Below are positions 18,036-26,520 of a DNA stretch of 32,000 nt, one piece after another; position 1 is the stretch's first letter, and each line of letters begins with the position of its first letter. Both the position numbers and the translations under genes were made by a program. The stretch lies in contig JAQTOB010000001.1 in the NCBI GenBank assembly GCA_028713575.1, positions 1 through 32,000 of the forward strand. Direction: 5' to 3'. A model generated the notes under the pieces. It did not search any database, was not told where the DNA came from, and was given only the letters and a program-made list of their open reading frames with translations. This DNA comes from Patescibacteria group bacterium (lineage in GTDB: Bacteria > Patescibacteriota > Patescibacteriia > UBA2591 > UBA6264).

Positions 18036-18037
18036 TT

Positions 18038-18130
18038 TTAACCCCGTTAGAAAACTTGCTCTGTAGATTTTAAATTATCACTATTTATTAAAATTAAAAT
18101 AATCAATTATAATTTTCTAACGGGGGTTAA
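18038..18130. repeat. Long-range imperfect inverted repeat (arms 18038..18054 and 18113..18130)
   Basis: TTAACCCCGTTAGAAAA versus TTTTCTAACGGGGGTTAA. The arms are complementary over 17 nt with one extra G in the second arm, and are separated by a 58-nt AT-rich spacer. Confidence 0.6.
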
Positions 18131-18181
18131 CATTAGAATATTGGAACATAATAAATTTTTGCTTTATAAAAAATTCATTTT

Positions 18182-19126
18182 CTAATCTGTCACAGGTAGA
18201 AAATGTTCTAATGTTTTCATATTATCATGTTTCAATGAAGTTGTCCACCAAATAAGGCTTTTGGCTTCTTGAAAGCGATCTTCATCGCTATGGGCATTCA
18301 GAATGATTACTATTAATTGACGATTAAAATAATTACTCAGGCCGGCAAGACAATAACCGCTTTCTCTTAAATATCCCGTCTTAGCGGCCTCAAGATTAAT
18401 AAAATTTCCTAAGAGTCTATTTGTATTCCATATTCTTTTATAAAATTTTTGTCCATTCTCTGTATATATGGGAAAATCATGGTATCTAATCTTTAAAGTT
18501 TCCCTGATTTTATCATTTTTCATGGCCGCTAAAATAAGCTTTACCAGGTCGTCGGCCGTAGAACGATTTTGGCTGTCCAATCCAGTAACATCAGCAAAAT
18601 AAGTATTGTTCATCTTTAAAAAAATTGCTTTTTCATTCATCAGGTCAATAAATTTTTTTCCTAACGGCAAATCTATTAAACGTGACAAAACTTTTGTCGC
18701 GTCATTGGCTGATCTAATCAAACTGGAATAAAAAATGTCTTCCAGTTCCATAACTTGTCCAAATTTAATTTCAATCCCGGCTGGTTCAAGGTCTTCGCTA
18801 TTCTCAGAATTAATAATTAAATCTTCCTTTCTAATCAAAATTTTTTCCCGCCAATCTCTTTTGTTGTTTTCTAAAAAAATCAGAGCTGTCATTAATTTAG
18901 TGATGCTCGCAATGGGTAAAATTTTATCTGAGTTTTTACTAAATAAAATCTCTCCCTTTTCTAAATCAACAACCGTAGCGCTTTCTGCTGTTAACTTCGG
19001 GCCCAAAGAATAGGGAAATTTTATCTCGTGGCCAGAAGGAATATTTATTGTCTGGTCAAGAAAAACCACCTGTGATAAAAAAGGTGAAAATGTTAATAAA
19101 AAAATTATACTTAAGACAAACGACAT
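18182..19126 (-). CDS. D-alanyl-D-alanine carboxypeptidase (PBP5/6-like, peptidase S11) with signal peptide
   Basis: SxxK (ASITK), SxN (SAND) and KTG (KTGY) motifs in the correct order. Hydrophobic N-terminus. Confidence 0.85.
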   Translation of the reverse strand: MSFVLSIIFLLTFSPFLSQVVFLDQTINIPSGHEIKFPYSLGPKLTAESATVVDLEKGEILFSKNSDKILPIASITKLMTALIFLENNKRDWREKILIRKEDLIINSENSEDLEPAGIEIKFGQVMELEDIFYSSLIRSANDATKVLSRLIDLPLGKKFIDLMNEKAIFLKMNNTYFADVTGLDSQNRSTADDLVKLILAAMKNDKIRETLKIRYHDFPIYTENGQKFYKRIWNTNRLLGNFINLEAAKTGYLRESGYCLAGLSNYFNRQLIVIILNAHSDEDRFQEAKSLIWWTTSLKHDNMKTLEHFLPVTD

Positions 19127-20067
19127 AATTTACTTGTTCTATAAATGGGATACCAAATTTTAGAAAGCGGGAAATCAAACGCCCCAGAATAAGCGACAAT
19201 TTGTCCGCCGAAGCCGGTTTTAAAACGCGTTAAACCCGGCCATTTTTTGTCATCAATCCCCCAAAAATCATAAAATTGAAAATTTCTTCTTTTTGCTTCT
19301 TTTATAGATTCCCAATGGAGTAAATAAGGAGCCATTAATTCTTTATTCTCCCGCGAAGAGGCTCCGTGGAGATAAGTAACCGTTTTTCCGAAAAATATCA
19401 ACAAATGGGCGGCTAAAAATTTCTTTTGACGCTTAGCGAGATAAAGACGAGAAAAACTTGAGTCCAAATTTAATAACTTAAGATAATAATTATCAGAATA
19501 AATTCTAAATTTATTTCTCTTTGCCGTTTGGTGTAATAAATTTAAAAAAATTTCTTGATCCTTCTTCTCATTGCTTGAAAAAATTTCTACGCCGTGCTTC
19601 TGAGCTAAACGGATGTTATAACGAGTTTTATGATGCATTTGGGAAAAAATTTTATCTTCAGGTTTTTCTAAATTTAAGATTATAGTTTTAGTTGGCTGAA
19701 CACTGTCAACTTTTTTAAAATTTTTTATTATTTCTTTATTTTTAAAATCTTCGCGAATAAAAATGGGTTTTTTGTTTTTTATTATTTCTCTTAAATTTTT
19801 AACAAGAATCTCTAAATGATTTTGATTAAAAACGACTGGTCGGGGCAAATACAAATAACATTTATTAAACGGTAAATTATGTTGGATTAATAAAATTTGA
19901 CTAACAATATTATTGTCTTCGATTTTTAAAAAATAACTTTCTCTCCCTATTTTTTTTTGAAAAGAGCCCCATTGCCATGATTGTAAAAATTCGCTTCCTG
20001 TTTTAGATGCTTTGGAAATGATAATATTATCCCAATTTTCTTTTTCAAAAATCCTCTTTATGGACAT
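19111..20067 (-). CDS. FemAB-family peptidoglycan interpeptide-bridge aminoacyltransferase
   Basis: N-terminal FLQSWQWGSFQKKIG and an overall length of about 320 aa are typical of FemAB / lipid II aminoacyltransferases. Overlaps the carboxypeptidase gene by 16 nt. Confidence 0.7.
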   Translation of the reverse strand: MSIKRIFEKENWDNIIISKASKTGSEFLQSWQWGSFQKKIGRESYFLKIEDNNIVSQILLIQHNLPFNKCYLYLPRPVVFNQNHLEILVKNLREIIKNKKPIFIREDFKNKEIIKNFKKVDSVQPTKTIILNLEKPEDKIFSQMHHKTRYNIRLAQKHGVEIFSSNEKKDQEIFLNLLHQTAKRNKFRIYSDNYYLKLLNLDSSFSRLYLAKRQKKFLAAHLLIFFGKTVTYLHGASSRENKELMAPYLLHWESIKEAKRRNFQFYDFWGIDDKKWPGLTRFKTGFGGQIVAYSGAFDFPLSKIWYPIYRTSKLCRLS

Positions 20068-20156
20068 AAATTTATAATAACATAAATTTTTGAAAGAGTA
20101 AAAATAAAATAAACCGAATTTCGATTTATTTTATTTACAATATTAATAAGTTATTT

Positions 20157-20354
20157 TTATATTTTTGTTTTTCTGCTAAAAAAATATATATATAAAATTT
20201 CTAAAATCCCTAAAGTATTTATAACCAAAAAAACAATAAACCATGTTTTTTTATTTAATTTAGCAGAGCGCCACAAAGCCACGCCCTTCCAGGGAATGGT
20301 CCAAAAAATTATTAACCAAATAATCCATGGATTATTAATTAAAAATTGCTCCAT
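20157..20354 (-). CDS. Small two-TM membrane protein (DUF5652-like)
   Basis: 65 aa. The WKGVALWRSAKLNKKTWFIVFLVINTLGILEILYI pattern matches my recollection of DUF5652. Unverified. Confidence 0.55.
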   Translation of the reverse strand: MEQFLINNPWIIWLIIFWTIPWKGVALWRSAKLNKKTWFIVFLVINTLGILEILYIYFFSRKTKI

Positions 20355-20364
20355 ATTTTAAAGA

Positions 20365-20826
20365 TTAATCATCTAAATAATTTTCTAGAAAACACCTATC
20401 TCCTTCTTTTATATTATATTGGTCAGATAAGCCGGCATTAATTTCTAAAACATATTTTGCCGGGTCAATTGATTTATAAATCTGTGGGAAGGAATCGGGC
20501 TGAATGTCTTTTTTTATTTCTATTATTTCTAAATTTTCGTTAATCCAAATTATGTCTAATGGAAATTTCATTCCCCTCATCCAAAAGGAGTGAGAACCGG
20601 GTTGATTAAAAACAAAAAGCATTCCTTCTTGTTCCGGCATTTTTTTCTGTCCGGAAAGTCCCAAAAATTTTTTTTTCAAATTATCGGCTATCTGAATTTT
20701 CAATCTTAAATCATTAATTTTAACATAAATAGACTGACTCCTTCTATTTTGTTTTTGATTCACGCAAATAAGCAAAAACAAAATAATTAAAACGACGATA
20801 ACAAATAAAATCATTATTTTTTTCAT
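20365..20826 (-). CDS. DUF192 domain-containing protein with N-terminal anchor/signal
   Basis: LKIQIADNLKKKFLGLSGQKKMPEQEGMLFVF...FWMRGMKFPLDIIWI matches the DUF192 consensus pattern. Confidence 0.75.
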   Translation of the reverse strand: MKKIMILFVIVVLIILFLLICVNQKQNRRSQSIYVKINDLRLKIQIADNLKKKFLGLSGQKKMPEQEGMLFVFNQPGSHSFWMRGMKFPLDIIWINENLEIIEIKKDIQPDSFPQIYKSIDPAKYVLEINAGLSDQYNIKEGDRCFLENYLDD

Positions 20827-20885
20827 ATGTATTTGAAGGAGCCAGCCTAATAATTTTATGAATAGATTTTTTTAAAAAAAATCTA

Positions 20886-20975
20886 TTATTTTTTTCTTTT
20901 CTTCGCAGCCTTTTTTTTGGCAACTGGCTTTTTTTTAGGAGCGGCTTTCTTTTTCATAGCTTTTTTCTTTGCCAT
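20886..20975 (-). CDS. Possible 29-aa Lys/Ala/Pro-rich basic peptide (MAKKKAMKKKAAPKKKPVAKKKAAKKRKK)
   Basis: ATG-to-TAA frame by hand translation, in the same orientation as its neighbours. No homology claim. Could be a chance ORF in an A/T-run-rich spacer. Confidence 0.25.
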   Translation of the reverse strand: MAKKKAMKKKAAPKKKPVAKKKAAKKRKK

Positions 20976-21090
20976 ATTTTTATTTTTAAAAAATTAATTA
21001 GAAACTGACGACCTTTAGTAAATATTTTTTAGAAATATTTACAAAATTCAATTATAAAAATCAAATACAATTTAATTGTATCAATATTTT

Positions 21091-21116
21091 AAAAAATTAA
21101 CAGTCAAAACTGTTAA
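21091..21116 (-). terminator. Rho-independent terminator at the end of the frameshifted Cys-rich gene
   Basis: Minus-strand RNA: TTAACAGT-TTTG-ACTGTTAA (8-bp stem) followed by TTTTTT. The stem overlaps the TAA at 21113..21115. Confidence 0.6.
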
Positions 21117-21312
21117 TAACTTTTATTTTTATTTTCAATAAAATTTTTTATTGAACGATCATAATTTTTTTCTTGTTCTAAAGAAAAATAACAAGCCGGT
21201 AATTCATTCTTTTTTTGATGATGTCTTAAACATTCGCAACAAATCCCCTTCTTTCACAACTCGGATAAGTACAAGGACAATCTTTTAAATTTTTTTCTTT
21301 TTGGCATTCCAT
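21113..21312 (-). pseudogene. Frameshifted small Cys-rich protein gene (DUF6485-like, CxC...CCEC...PACYF)
   Basis: Frame A from the ATG at 21312 reads MECQKEKNLKDCPCTYPSCERRG, then stops after 28 codons. Frame B, from within the G4 run at 21245..21248, reads GICCECLRHHQKKNELPACYFSLEQEKNYDRSIKNFIENKNKSY*. One extra G would fuse the two frames. Confidence 0.65.
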
Positions 21313-21440
21313 AAACACTTTATTAAATTTAAAATTATTTTAAAAATAAAAATTTTAAGTGATGTAAATTTCCTCCACCGATAATCCCAACTTTTAATTT
21401 ATTTCCCCTAACAAAATTTTAGCATGTCCAAATTAAAACA

Positions 21441-21468
21441 ACAATAAAAGTCGGCTTATCTGCCAACT
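21441..21468 (-). terminator. Rho-independent terminator downstream of the DUF167 gene
   Basis: Minus-strand RNA: AGUUGGC-AGAUAA-GCCGACU (7-bp stem including one G-U) followed by UUUUAUUGUUGUUUU. Confidence 0.6.
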
Positions 21469-21500
21469 TATATTTTTATTTTCTAACAAAAATCCAACAA

Positions 21501-21719
21501 TTAATCCATTATTTCAAAAATTTTATTTCTTTGCCTAAAGCCTTTTATTAATCTTATTTTCTGTCTGGGAATTTCAAAATATGACGACAAAACATTAATT
21601 ACTGCCAAATTGGCTTGTCCTTTAATCGGTTTTTCTTTAATTTTTATTTCAAAACTGTCCTTTTTTTTTGTTATTGTCTGCTCTTTTGTCCCGGGAAAAA
21701 CTTTAACCTTAATCAACAT
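21501..21719 (-). CDS. DUF167 (YggU/UPF0235) family protein
   Basis: LIKVKVFPGTKEQTI...FEIKIKEKPIKGQANLAVINVLSSYFEIPRQKIRLIKGFRQRNKIFEI matches the DUF167 pattern. The likely start is MLIKVKV at 21719; the ORF-track start is 21734. Confidence 0.75.
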   Translation of the reverse strand: MLIKVKVFPGTKEQTITKKKDSFEIKIKEKPIKGQANLAVINVLSSYFEIPRQKIRLIKGFRQRNKIFEIMD

Positions 21720-21723
21720 TTTA

Positions 21724-22182
21724 TTAATAACCAATACCTGATAAAATTAGAGCCAAAAGCTTAAAAAATAAAGTGGAAAAAAATGGAACTAAAATAATTC
21801 CTGTTCCGGCCCAAAATCTTAAAGCCGGGTCTTTTACTTCCCATTTACTGATACTCAAAGCATAAAACGCCCACATCATCACCAGGGGCAAAATGGTCAC
21901 CAAAATAAAAATTGTCCCAAGTATTGGACCAAAAACTAAAGTGATTCCGCCCGCTCCTTCCCATGTTTTTTGAAGAAAAAATATAGCCTCTAAGTTTCCC
22001 TTTTTAACCAAGGTGAGAACATTCCAAATAAACCACTGGACAAAATAAGAAAAAACAATAAATCTTAAGAAAAAAATGGGTTTTTTAACAAAATACCATC
22101 GCCAAAAACCGGGCGAAGAAAAAGTGGATTCTTTTGTTTTAATTGGCAATAATTTTTCTTCTTCTTGTTTAAGGTTTTCCAT
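21724..22182 (-). CDS. Hypothetical polytopic membrane protein (152 aa)
   Basis: About 4 predicted TM helices. No recognisable motif. Confidence 0.5.
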   Translation of the reverse strand: MENLKQEEEKLLPIKTKESTFSSPGFWRWYFVKKPIFFLRFIVFSYFVQWFIWNVLTLVKKGNLEAIFFLQKTWEGAGGITLVFGPILGTIFILVTILPLVMMWAFYALSISKWEVKDPALRFWAGTGIILVPFFSTLFFKLLALILSGIGY

Positions 22183-22201
22183 ATTATTCTTTTATAAAAA
22201 A

Positions 22202-22720
22202 TTATTTATTATTCTGGTCTAAGCCATATTTCTTTTGGTCGTCCAAAATGTCTTTTTCTTTCCAGTCATTTACCCACTCATCAACGGAAAAAATTTCATA
22301 TTCTCCGTTTTTAGTAGAACAAATTACTCTCTTTAATCCGGCATTAATAATCATTTTTTTACAAATATAACAGGGAAAAGTGTCTATTTTTTCTCCATTG
22401 GTCTTTATTCCTGATATATACATTTCTCCCCCTAAAATGGAGGCGCCTGACCTGGCGGCATTAATAATCGCATTTTGTTCAGCGTGAACTGAACGACAAA
22501 TTTCATAACGTTCACCGTGATTAATTTCTAATTTATCTCTTAAGCATTCTTCTCTCTCCAAACAATCTTTGGTTTTTCGGCAAGCACCAATATAACCAGT
22601 GGCCACTATTTGGTCGTTTCTAATAATTATCGTTCCCAGCTTATTGCGAAAACAAGTTGACCGTTCGCCAATTTTTTTAGCAATATCTAAATAATATTGT
22701 ATTTTATCAATTCTATCCAT
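22202..22720 (-). CDS. dCMP deaminase / ComEB-family cytidine-deoxycytidylate deaminase
   Basis: Zinc-binding motifs HAEQNAI and PCYICKKMI (HAE...PCxxC). Confidence 0.88.
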   Translation of the reverse strand: MDRIDKIQYYLDIAKKIGERSTCFRNKLGTIIIRNDQIVATGYIGACRKTKDCLEREECLRDKLEINHGERYEICRSVHAEQNAIINAARSGASILGGEMYISGIKTNGEKIDTFPCYICKKMIINAGLKRVICSTKNGEYEIFSVDEWVNDWKEKDILDDQKKYGLDQNNK

Positions 22721-22758
22721 ATTAAAAGTTTATCAATTTTTTTTAAAAAAATCAAGTT

Positions 22759-23508
22759 TTAAATTTCTATTCCTATCGGGCAATGGTCTGATCCTTTTGT
22801 TTTAGAAAAAATAAAAATTTTTTTAACTTCAAATATTAATTTTTGAGAAACAAAGACATAATCAATCCGCCAACCAATATTTCTTTCTCTGGCTTGATAA
22901 AAATACGGCCACCAAGTATATTGTTTCTTTGAGGGATAAAAATGGCGAAAGGTGTCAACAAATCCTAAATCAATTAAATTTTTTATTTGTTTTCTTTCTG
23001 CCGGCGTAAACATCGTGTTTTGTTGATTTTGTTTTGGTCGCGCTAAATCAATTTCTTGATGAGCAATGTTAAAATCGCCCAGTAAAATAACCTTTTTGTC
23101 TTTATATTTTTTCAAGTGCTCAAATAATTTTTTGTAAACTTCCAATTTATAGGACAAATTTTCTTTTTTCCTTCCCCCTTGCGGTAAATAAATATTTATT
23201 AAATTAAAATCAGGATATTTTAAAACAAGCATTCTTCCTTCTTGGTCAAATTTTTCTAATCCTAGATTGATTCCTGTTTCAACCGGTTCTTTTTGGCTAT
23301 AAACGGCCACACCTGAATAACCCTTTCTTTTCCCTAAATTAAAAAAGGAAAACTTTCTTAAATTTTCCATTTCTTTTGGTATCTGTTCTTTTTGAGCTTT
23401 TACTTCCTGCAAACAAATTATTTCTGCTCTATCTTTTTTAAACCAATCTAAAAATCCTTTTTTATAAGCGGACCTAATGCCATTGATGTTCCAAGAAATT
23501 ATTTTCAC
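22759..23508 (-). CDS. xth: Exodeoxyribonuclease III
   Basis: MKIISWNINGIRS, CLQE, GDFNIAH and a terminal SDHCPI, typical of the ExoIII/APE1 EEP-fold nucleases. Confidence 0.92.
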   Translation of the reverse strand: MKIISWNINGIRSAYKKGFLDWFKKDRAEIICLQEVKAQKEQIPKEMENLRKFSFFNLGKRKGYSGVAVYSQKEPVETGINLGLEKFDQEGRMLVLKYPDFNLINIYLPQGGRKKENLSYKLEVYKKLFEHLKKYKDKKVILLGDFNIAHQEIDLARPKQNQQNTMFTPAERKQIKNLIDLGFVDTFRHFYPSKKQYTWWPYFYQARERNIGWRIDYVFVSQKLIFEVKKIFIFSKTKGSDHCPIGIEI

Positions 23509-24062
23509 TTTCTTATTTTTAAATCATACAAAATTTCTTCTGCTTTTTTTAAATTTCTTTTGGCTTCATCGTATTTATGCCTCAAATAACCAGTCAAGTC
23601 CATTCTAATTAATTTATTTATTATTTCTGTGATTAAATTTTTTAAATCTTTTGCTTTTTTTTCTTCCTCATTAATGACCAAAAGAATCATTTTTCTCACT
23701 ATTTCGCCCGTTAAATCACAAATTGCTCCCAAATAATCATCATGATTGACTTTTACTTCTTTAATTAATTCTATTTTATTAAATTTTAACACTTGCCAAA
23801 ATAATTTTGCTTCTAAATATTCTTCTAAGGCCGCTTTATAAGGCCCATTATATTCCAAATCCGGAACTTTTTTAAAATAAGAATGTATTTTATTTAAAAT
23901 TTTTTCTACTTGTTTTAATGTTTTTTCCGCATCAATCAATTGATCACGATGTAATAAAAAAATTGATTGTTTTGCCTTATTCAAAGCTTGATTTGACTCT
24001 TGGATAACTAAACTGCGAATATTGGCATGGTTTTGATAATCCTTTTTTAATTTTTCCCACAT
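23505..24062 (-). CDS. Translin-family (COG2178-like) putative nucleic-acid-binding protein
   Basis: All-helical, 185 aa. Pattern LLHRDQLIDAEKTL...YNGPYKAALEEYLEAKLF...DDYLGAICDLTGEIVRKM...RHKYDEAKRNLKKAEEILYDL matches archaeal translin-like proteins as I recall them. 4-nt overlap with xth. Confidence 0.6.
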   Translation of the reverse strand: MWEKLKKDYQNHANIRSLVIQESNQALNKAKQSIFLLHRDQLIDAEKTLKQVEKILNKIHSYFKKVPDLEYNGPYKAALEEYLEAKLFWQVLKFNKIELIKEVKVNHDDYLGAICDLTGEIVRKMILLVINEEEKKAKDLKNLITEIINKLIRMDLTGYLRHKYDEAKRNLKKAEEILYDLKIRK

Positions 24063-24097
24063 AAATGCTTCGCTAAATTTAAAATTTAAAAAACGCT

Positions 24098-24712
24098 TTA
24101 AATTATTTTCCGTCCCCTTAAGGCTTCACTTAAGGTTATTTCGTCGGCATACTCTATTTCACCTCCCAGCGGTAAACCTCTGGCAATCTTGGTCAATTTA
24201 ATTTTATTTAATTGCGGGTCTTTTTTAATCAAATTAACCAAATAAAGCATTGTTCCTTCTCCTTCAATCGTTGAATTAAGAGCAAAAATTACTTCGTTTA
24301 CCGTAAAATTTTTTAATCTTCCCAACAATTCTTTTATTTTTATTTCTCTTGGTCCCACGTTCTGTACTGTATCAATTAGACCGCCTAAAACATGATAAAC
24401 TCCGCGATATTCGCCTGTTTTTTCAACGGCCATTAAATCTTGCGGTTCGGCAATAACCGTAATAATTGATTTATCTCTTTTGGGGTCCTGACAAATCGGG
24501 CAAATTTTTTGCGAAGAGAAATTAAAACAATTTTCACAAAAACTAATTGATTTTATTTTTTCCAAATCATCAATAAAATCATCCAAGTCCCCCTGATTAA
24601 TTCTTAATAAATAAAAAACAAACCTTTGAGCGGTTTTAGGTCCAATCCCGGGAAAAAGGCTAAACTTATCAATTAAATTTTGTATCTCTTGTGAATATGC
24701 CATAATTGTCAA
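24098..24712 (-). CDS. recR: Recombination protein RecR
   Basis: HhH motif (FPGIGPKTAQRFVFYLL), Cys4 zinc finger (CENC...CPIC), then a Toprim region. Confidence 0.93.
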   Translation of the reverse strand: MTIMAYSQEIQNLIDKFSLFPGIGPKTAQRFVFYLLRINQGDLDDFIDDLEKIKSISFCENCFNFSSQKICPICQDPKRDKSIITVIAEPQDLMAVEKTGEYRGVYHVLGGLIDTVQNVGPREIKIKELLGRLKNFTVNEVIFALNSTIEGEGTMLYLVNLIKKDPQLNKIKLTKIARGLPLGGEIEYADEITLSEALRGRKII

Positions 24713-24956
24713 TTCCGCTTAATCTGTGTTTTAAATAATTAAAAATATATTAAAATAAATATCAAATTTCTATTATAAATTGCCTATTGGGAATTGCTGT
24801 AATTATAAGCATTTCGCCCCTTGTTTATGTTCTGTATCTTTGGTTTTAACTTAAAAAAATAAAACAACCATTAAAATCACAGATTGGAGACAAAATAATA
24901 ATTTTATGCTTGAAAATTATTTCTGCTGATACCAAATAATTTTATTAAAAAAAATA

Positions 24957-26405
24957 TTAAAATGGGAGCTCTGTTGTTTCTTCTTCTGGTAAATCAAAAT
25001 TATCAATTCTTTTTTCTAAATTTCTAAAACTGGCAGTATCATTATCAAAATATAAAGGAACCATTCCTCCAGCCGGACCATGGCGATGCTTGCCGATATA
25101 AATCTCAGCGATATTTCTTTCGTCTTCAGAACAATTTTTAATACTTCGGTCCATGCTCTTGCGATAAATAAAGATTACCACGTCCGCATCTTGTTCTAAA
25201 GAGCCCGACTCACGTAAGTCGGCTAAACGAGGAATTGATGGAGTTCTGGCTTCTGGCGCTCGTGAAAGTTGAGAGAGGGCTAAAACAGGGATATTAAGTT
25301 CTCGCGCAATCGCTTTCAAAGAACGTGATATTTGGGAAACTTCCTGAACTCTTCCTTCGTTTGATCCGGCTCCTCCTTCCATTAATTGTAAATAGTCAAG
25401 AATCAATAAACCTAAGCCATGTTCGGCTTGTAAACGTCGGGCTTTGGTTCTAATCTCAATCGGCGTAGCCATGGGAGAATCGTCAATAAAAATAGGAGCT
25501 TCGGCCAAGGTCCCAATAGTTTGCCCAAGCTTTTCAAAGTCTCCGTCATCATCACTCTTGGAAAGATGACCAGTGCGTAATTTCCAAAGACTAACATTGG
25601 CTTGAGAACATATAATCCGATCGCTGATTTGTTCTTTAGACATTTCCAAACTAAAAATACCAACCGGAATTTTTTGATAAACGGCCGCTTGGCGGGCAAT
25701 ATCCAGGGCCAAAGCGCTTTTGCCTACTGACGGTCGCGCCGCTAAAATAATCAATTCTGAGGGCTGTAATCCGGCTAAAACATTGTCCAAATCAGTAAAA
25801 CCCGTGGGAATACCTCTCATTATTTTTTCGCCTTTGTGAAGTTCATCAATTCTTTCAAAAGCTTCTGTCAAAGTGTCTTTAAGAGGAACAAAATTCTGTT
25901 TTAAATATTTTTGTGAAATAGAAAATAATTTTTGTTCAGCTTTATCAAGCACTTCAGCCGTATCGTCTTCTTCTTGATAAGCAATTTGAATGGTTTCCGT
26001 AGAAGACTTAATAAGCTTTCTTAAGGTTGATTTTTTTTTGACAATTTCGGCATAAGAGGTTATGTGACTGGACGACGGAACACTATTGGACAAAGAAGCT
26101 AAATAGCTCCGACCACCAATGATTTTTAATTGTTTTTTTTCTTCTAAACGATTACTGACGCTGAGAATGTCAATTGGTTCGCTCTTCCCCCAAACTTCTA
26201 ACATCGCCCGATAAATCATTTGATGAATATCTTTATAAAAATCGTCTGACTCCATGGTGTCGGCAATTCTAACAATGGCTTCTTTGTCTATTAATAAAGA
26301 ACCGAGCAATGCTTCCTCTGCCTCTATATTCTGGGGTGGCATTTTAGCCAAAGGCATTTCCATTTTTTTTTCATTCTCTTTTTTATTCATAGAAACACTT
26401 GTCAA
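24957..26405 (-). CDS. dnaB: Replicative DNA helicase DnaB
   Basis: PQNIEAEEALLGSLL N-terminal domain, Walker A (ARPSVGKSALALDIA), Walker B-like LILDYLQLM, and the IPVLALSQLSR motif. The start codon is uncertain among several N-terminal Met codons. Confidence 0.93.
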   Translation of the reverse strand: MTSVSMNKKENEKKMEMPLAKMPPQNIEAEEALLGSLLIDKEAIVRIADTMESDDFYKDIHQMIYRAMLEVWGKSEPIDILSVSNRLEEKKQLKIIGGRSYLASLSNSVPSSSHITSYAEIVKKKSTLRKLIKSSTETIQIAYQEEDDTAEVLDKAEQKLFSISQKYLKQNFVPLKDTLTEAFERIDELHKGEKIMRGIPTGFTDLDNVLAGLQPSELIILAARPSVGKSALALDIARQAAVYQKIPVGIFSLEMSKEQISDRIICSQANVSLWKLRTGHLSKSDDDGDFEKLGQTIGTLAEAPIFIDDSPMATPIEIRTKARRLQAEHGLGLLILDYLQLMEGGAGSNEGRVQEVSQISRSLKAIARELNIPVLALSQLSRAPEARTPSIPRLADLRESGSLEQDADVVIFIYRKSMDRSIKNCSEDERNIAEIYIGKHRHGPAGGMVPLYFDNDTASFRNLEKRIDNFDLPEEETTELPF

Positions 26406-26520
26406 AATTTTTATTTTAATATAAAATTAAAACATTCTTTGTTAAATTTATTTGTTTATCATACAATAAGCGTTCGCTTTTGGCAATGAAATTTTTACAC
26501 ATTTTATCAACAAATAAAAA

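Noticed and set aside
24713-24956. 244-nt gap between dnaB and recR, considered as a candidate small RNA, ybaB-like small gene or DnaA-box cluster
   Set aside because: I could see no convincing ORF, hairpin or repeated box. It is AT-rich spacer, presumably carrying the recR promoter.
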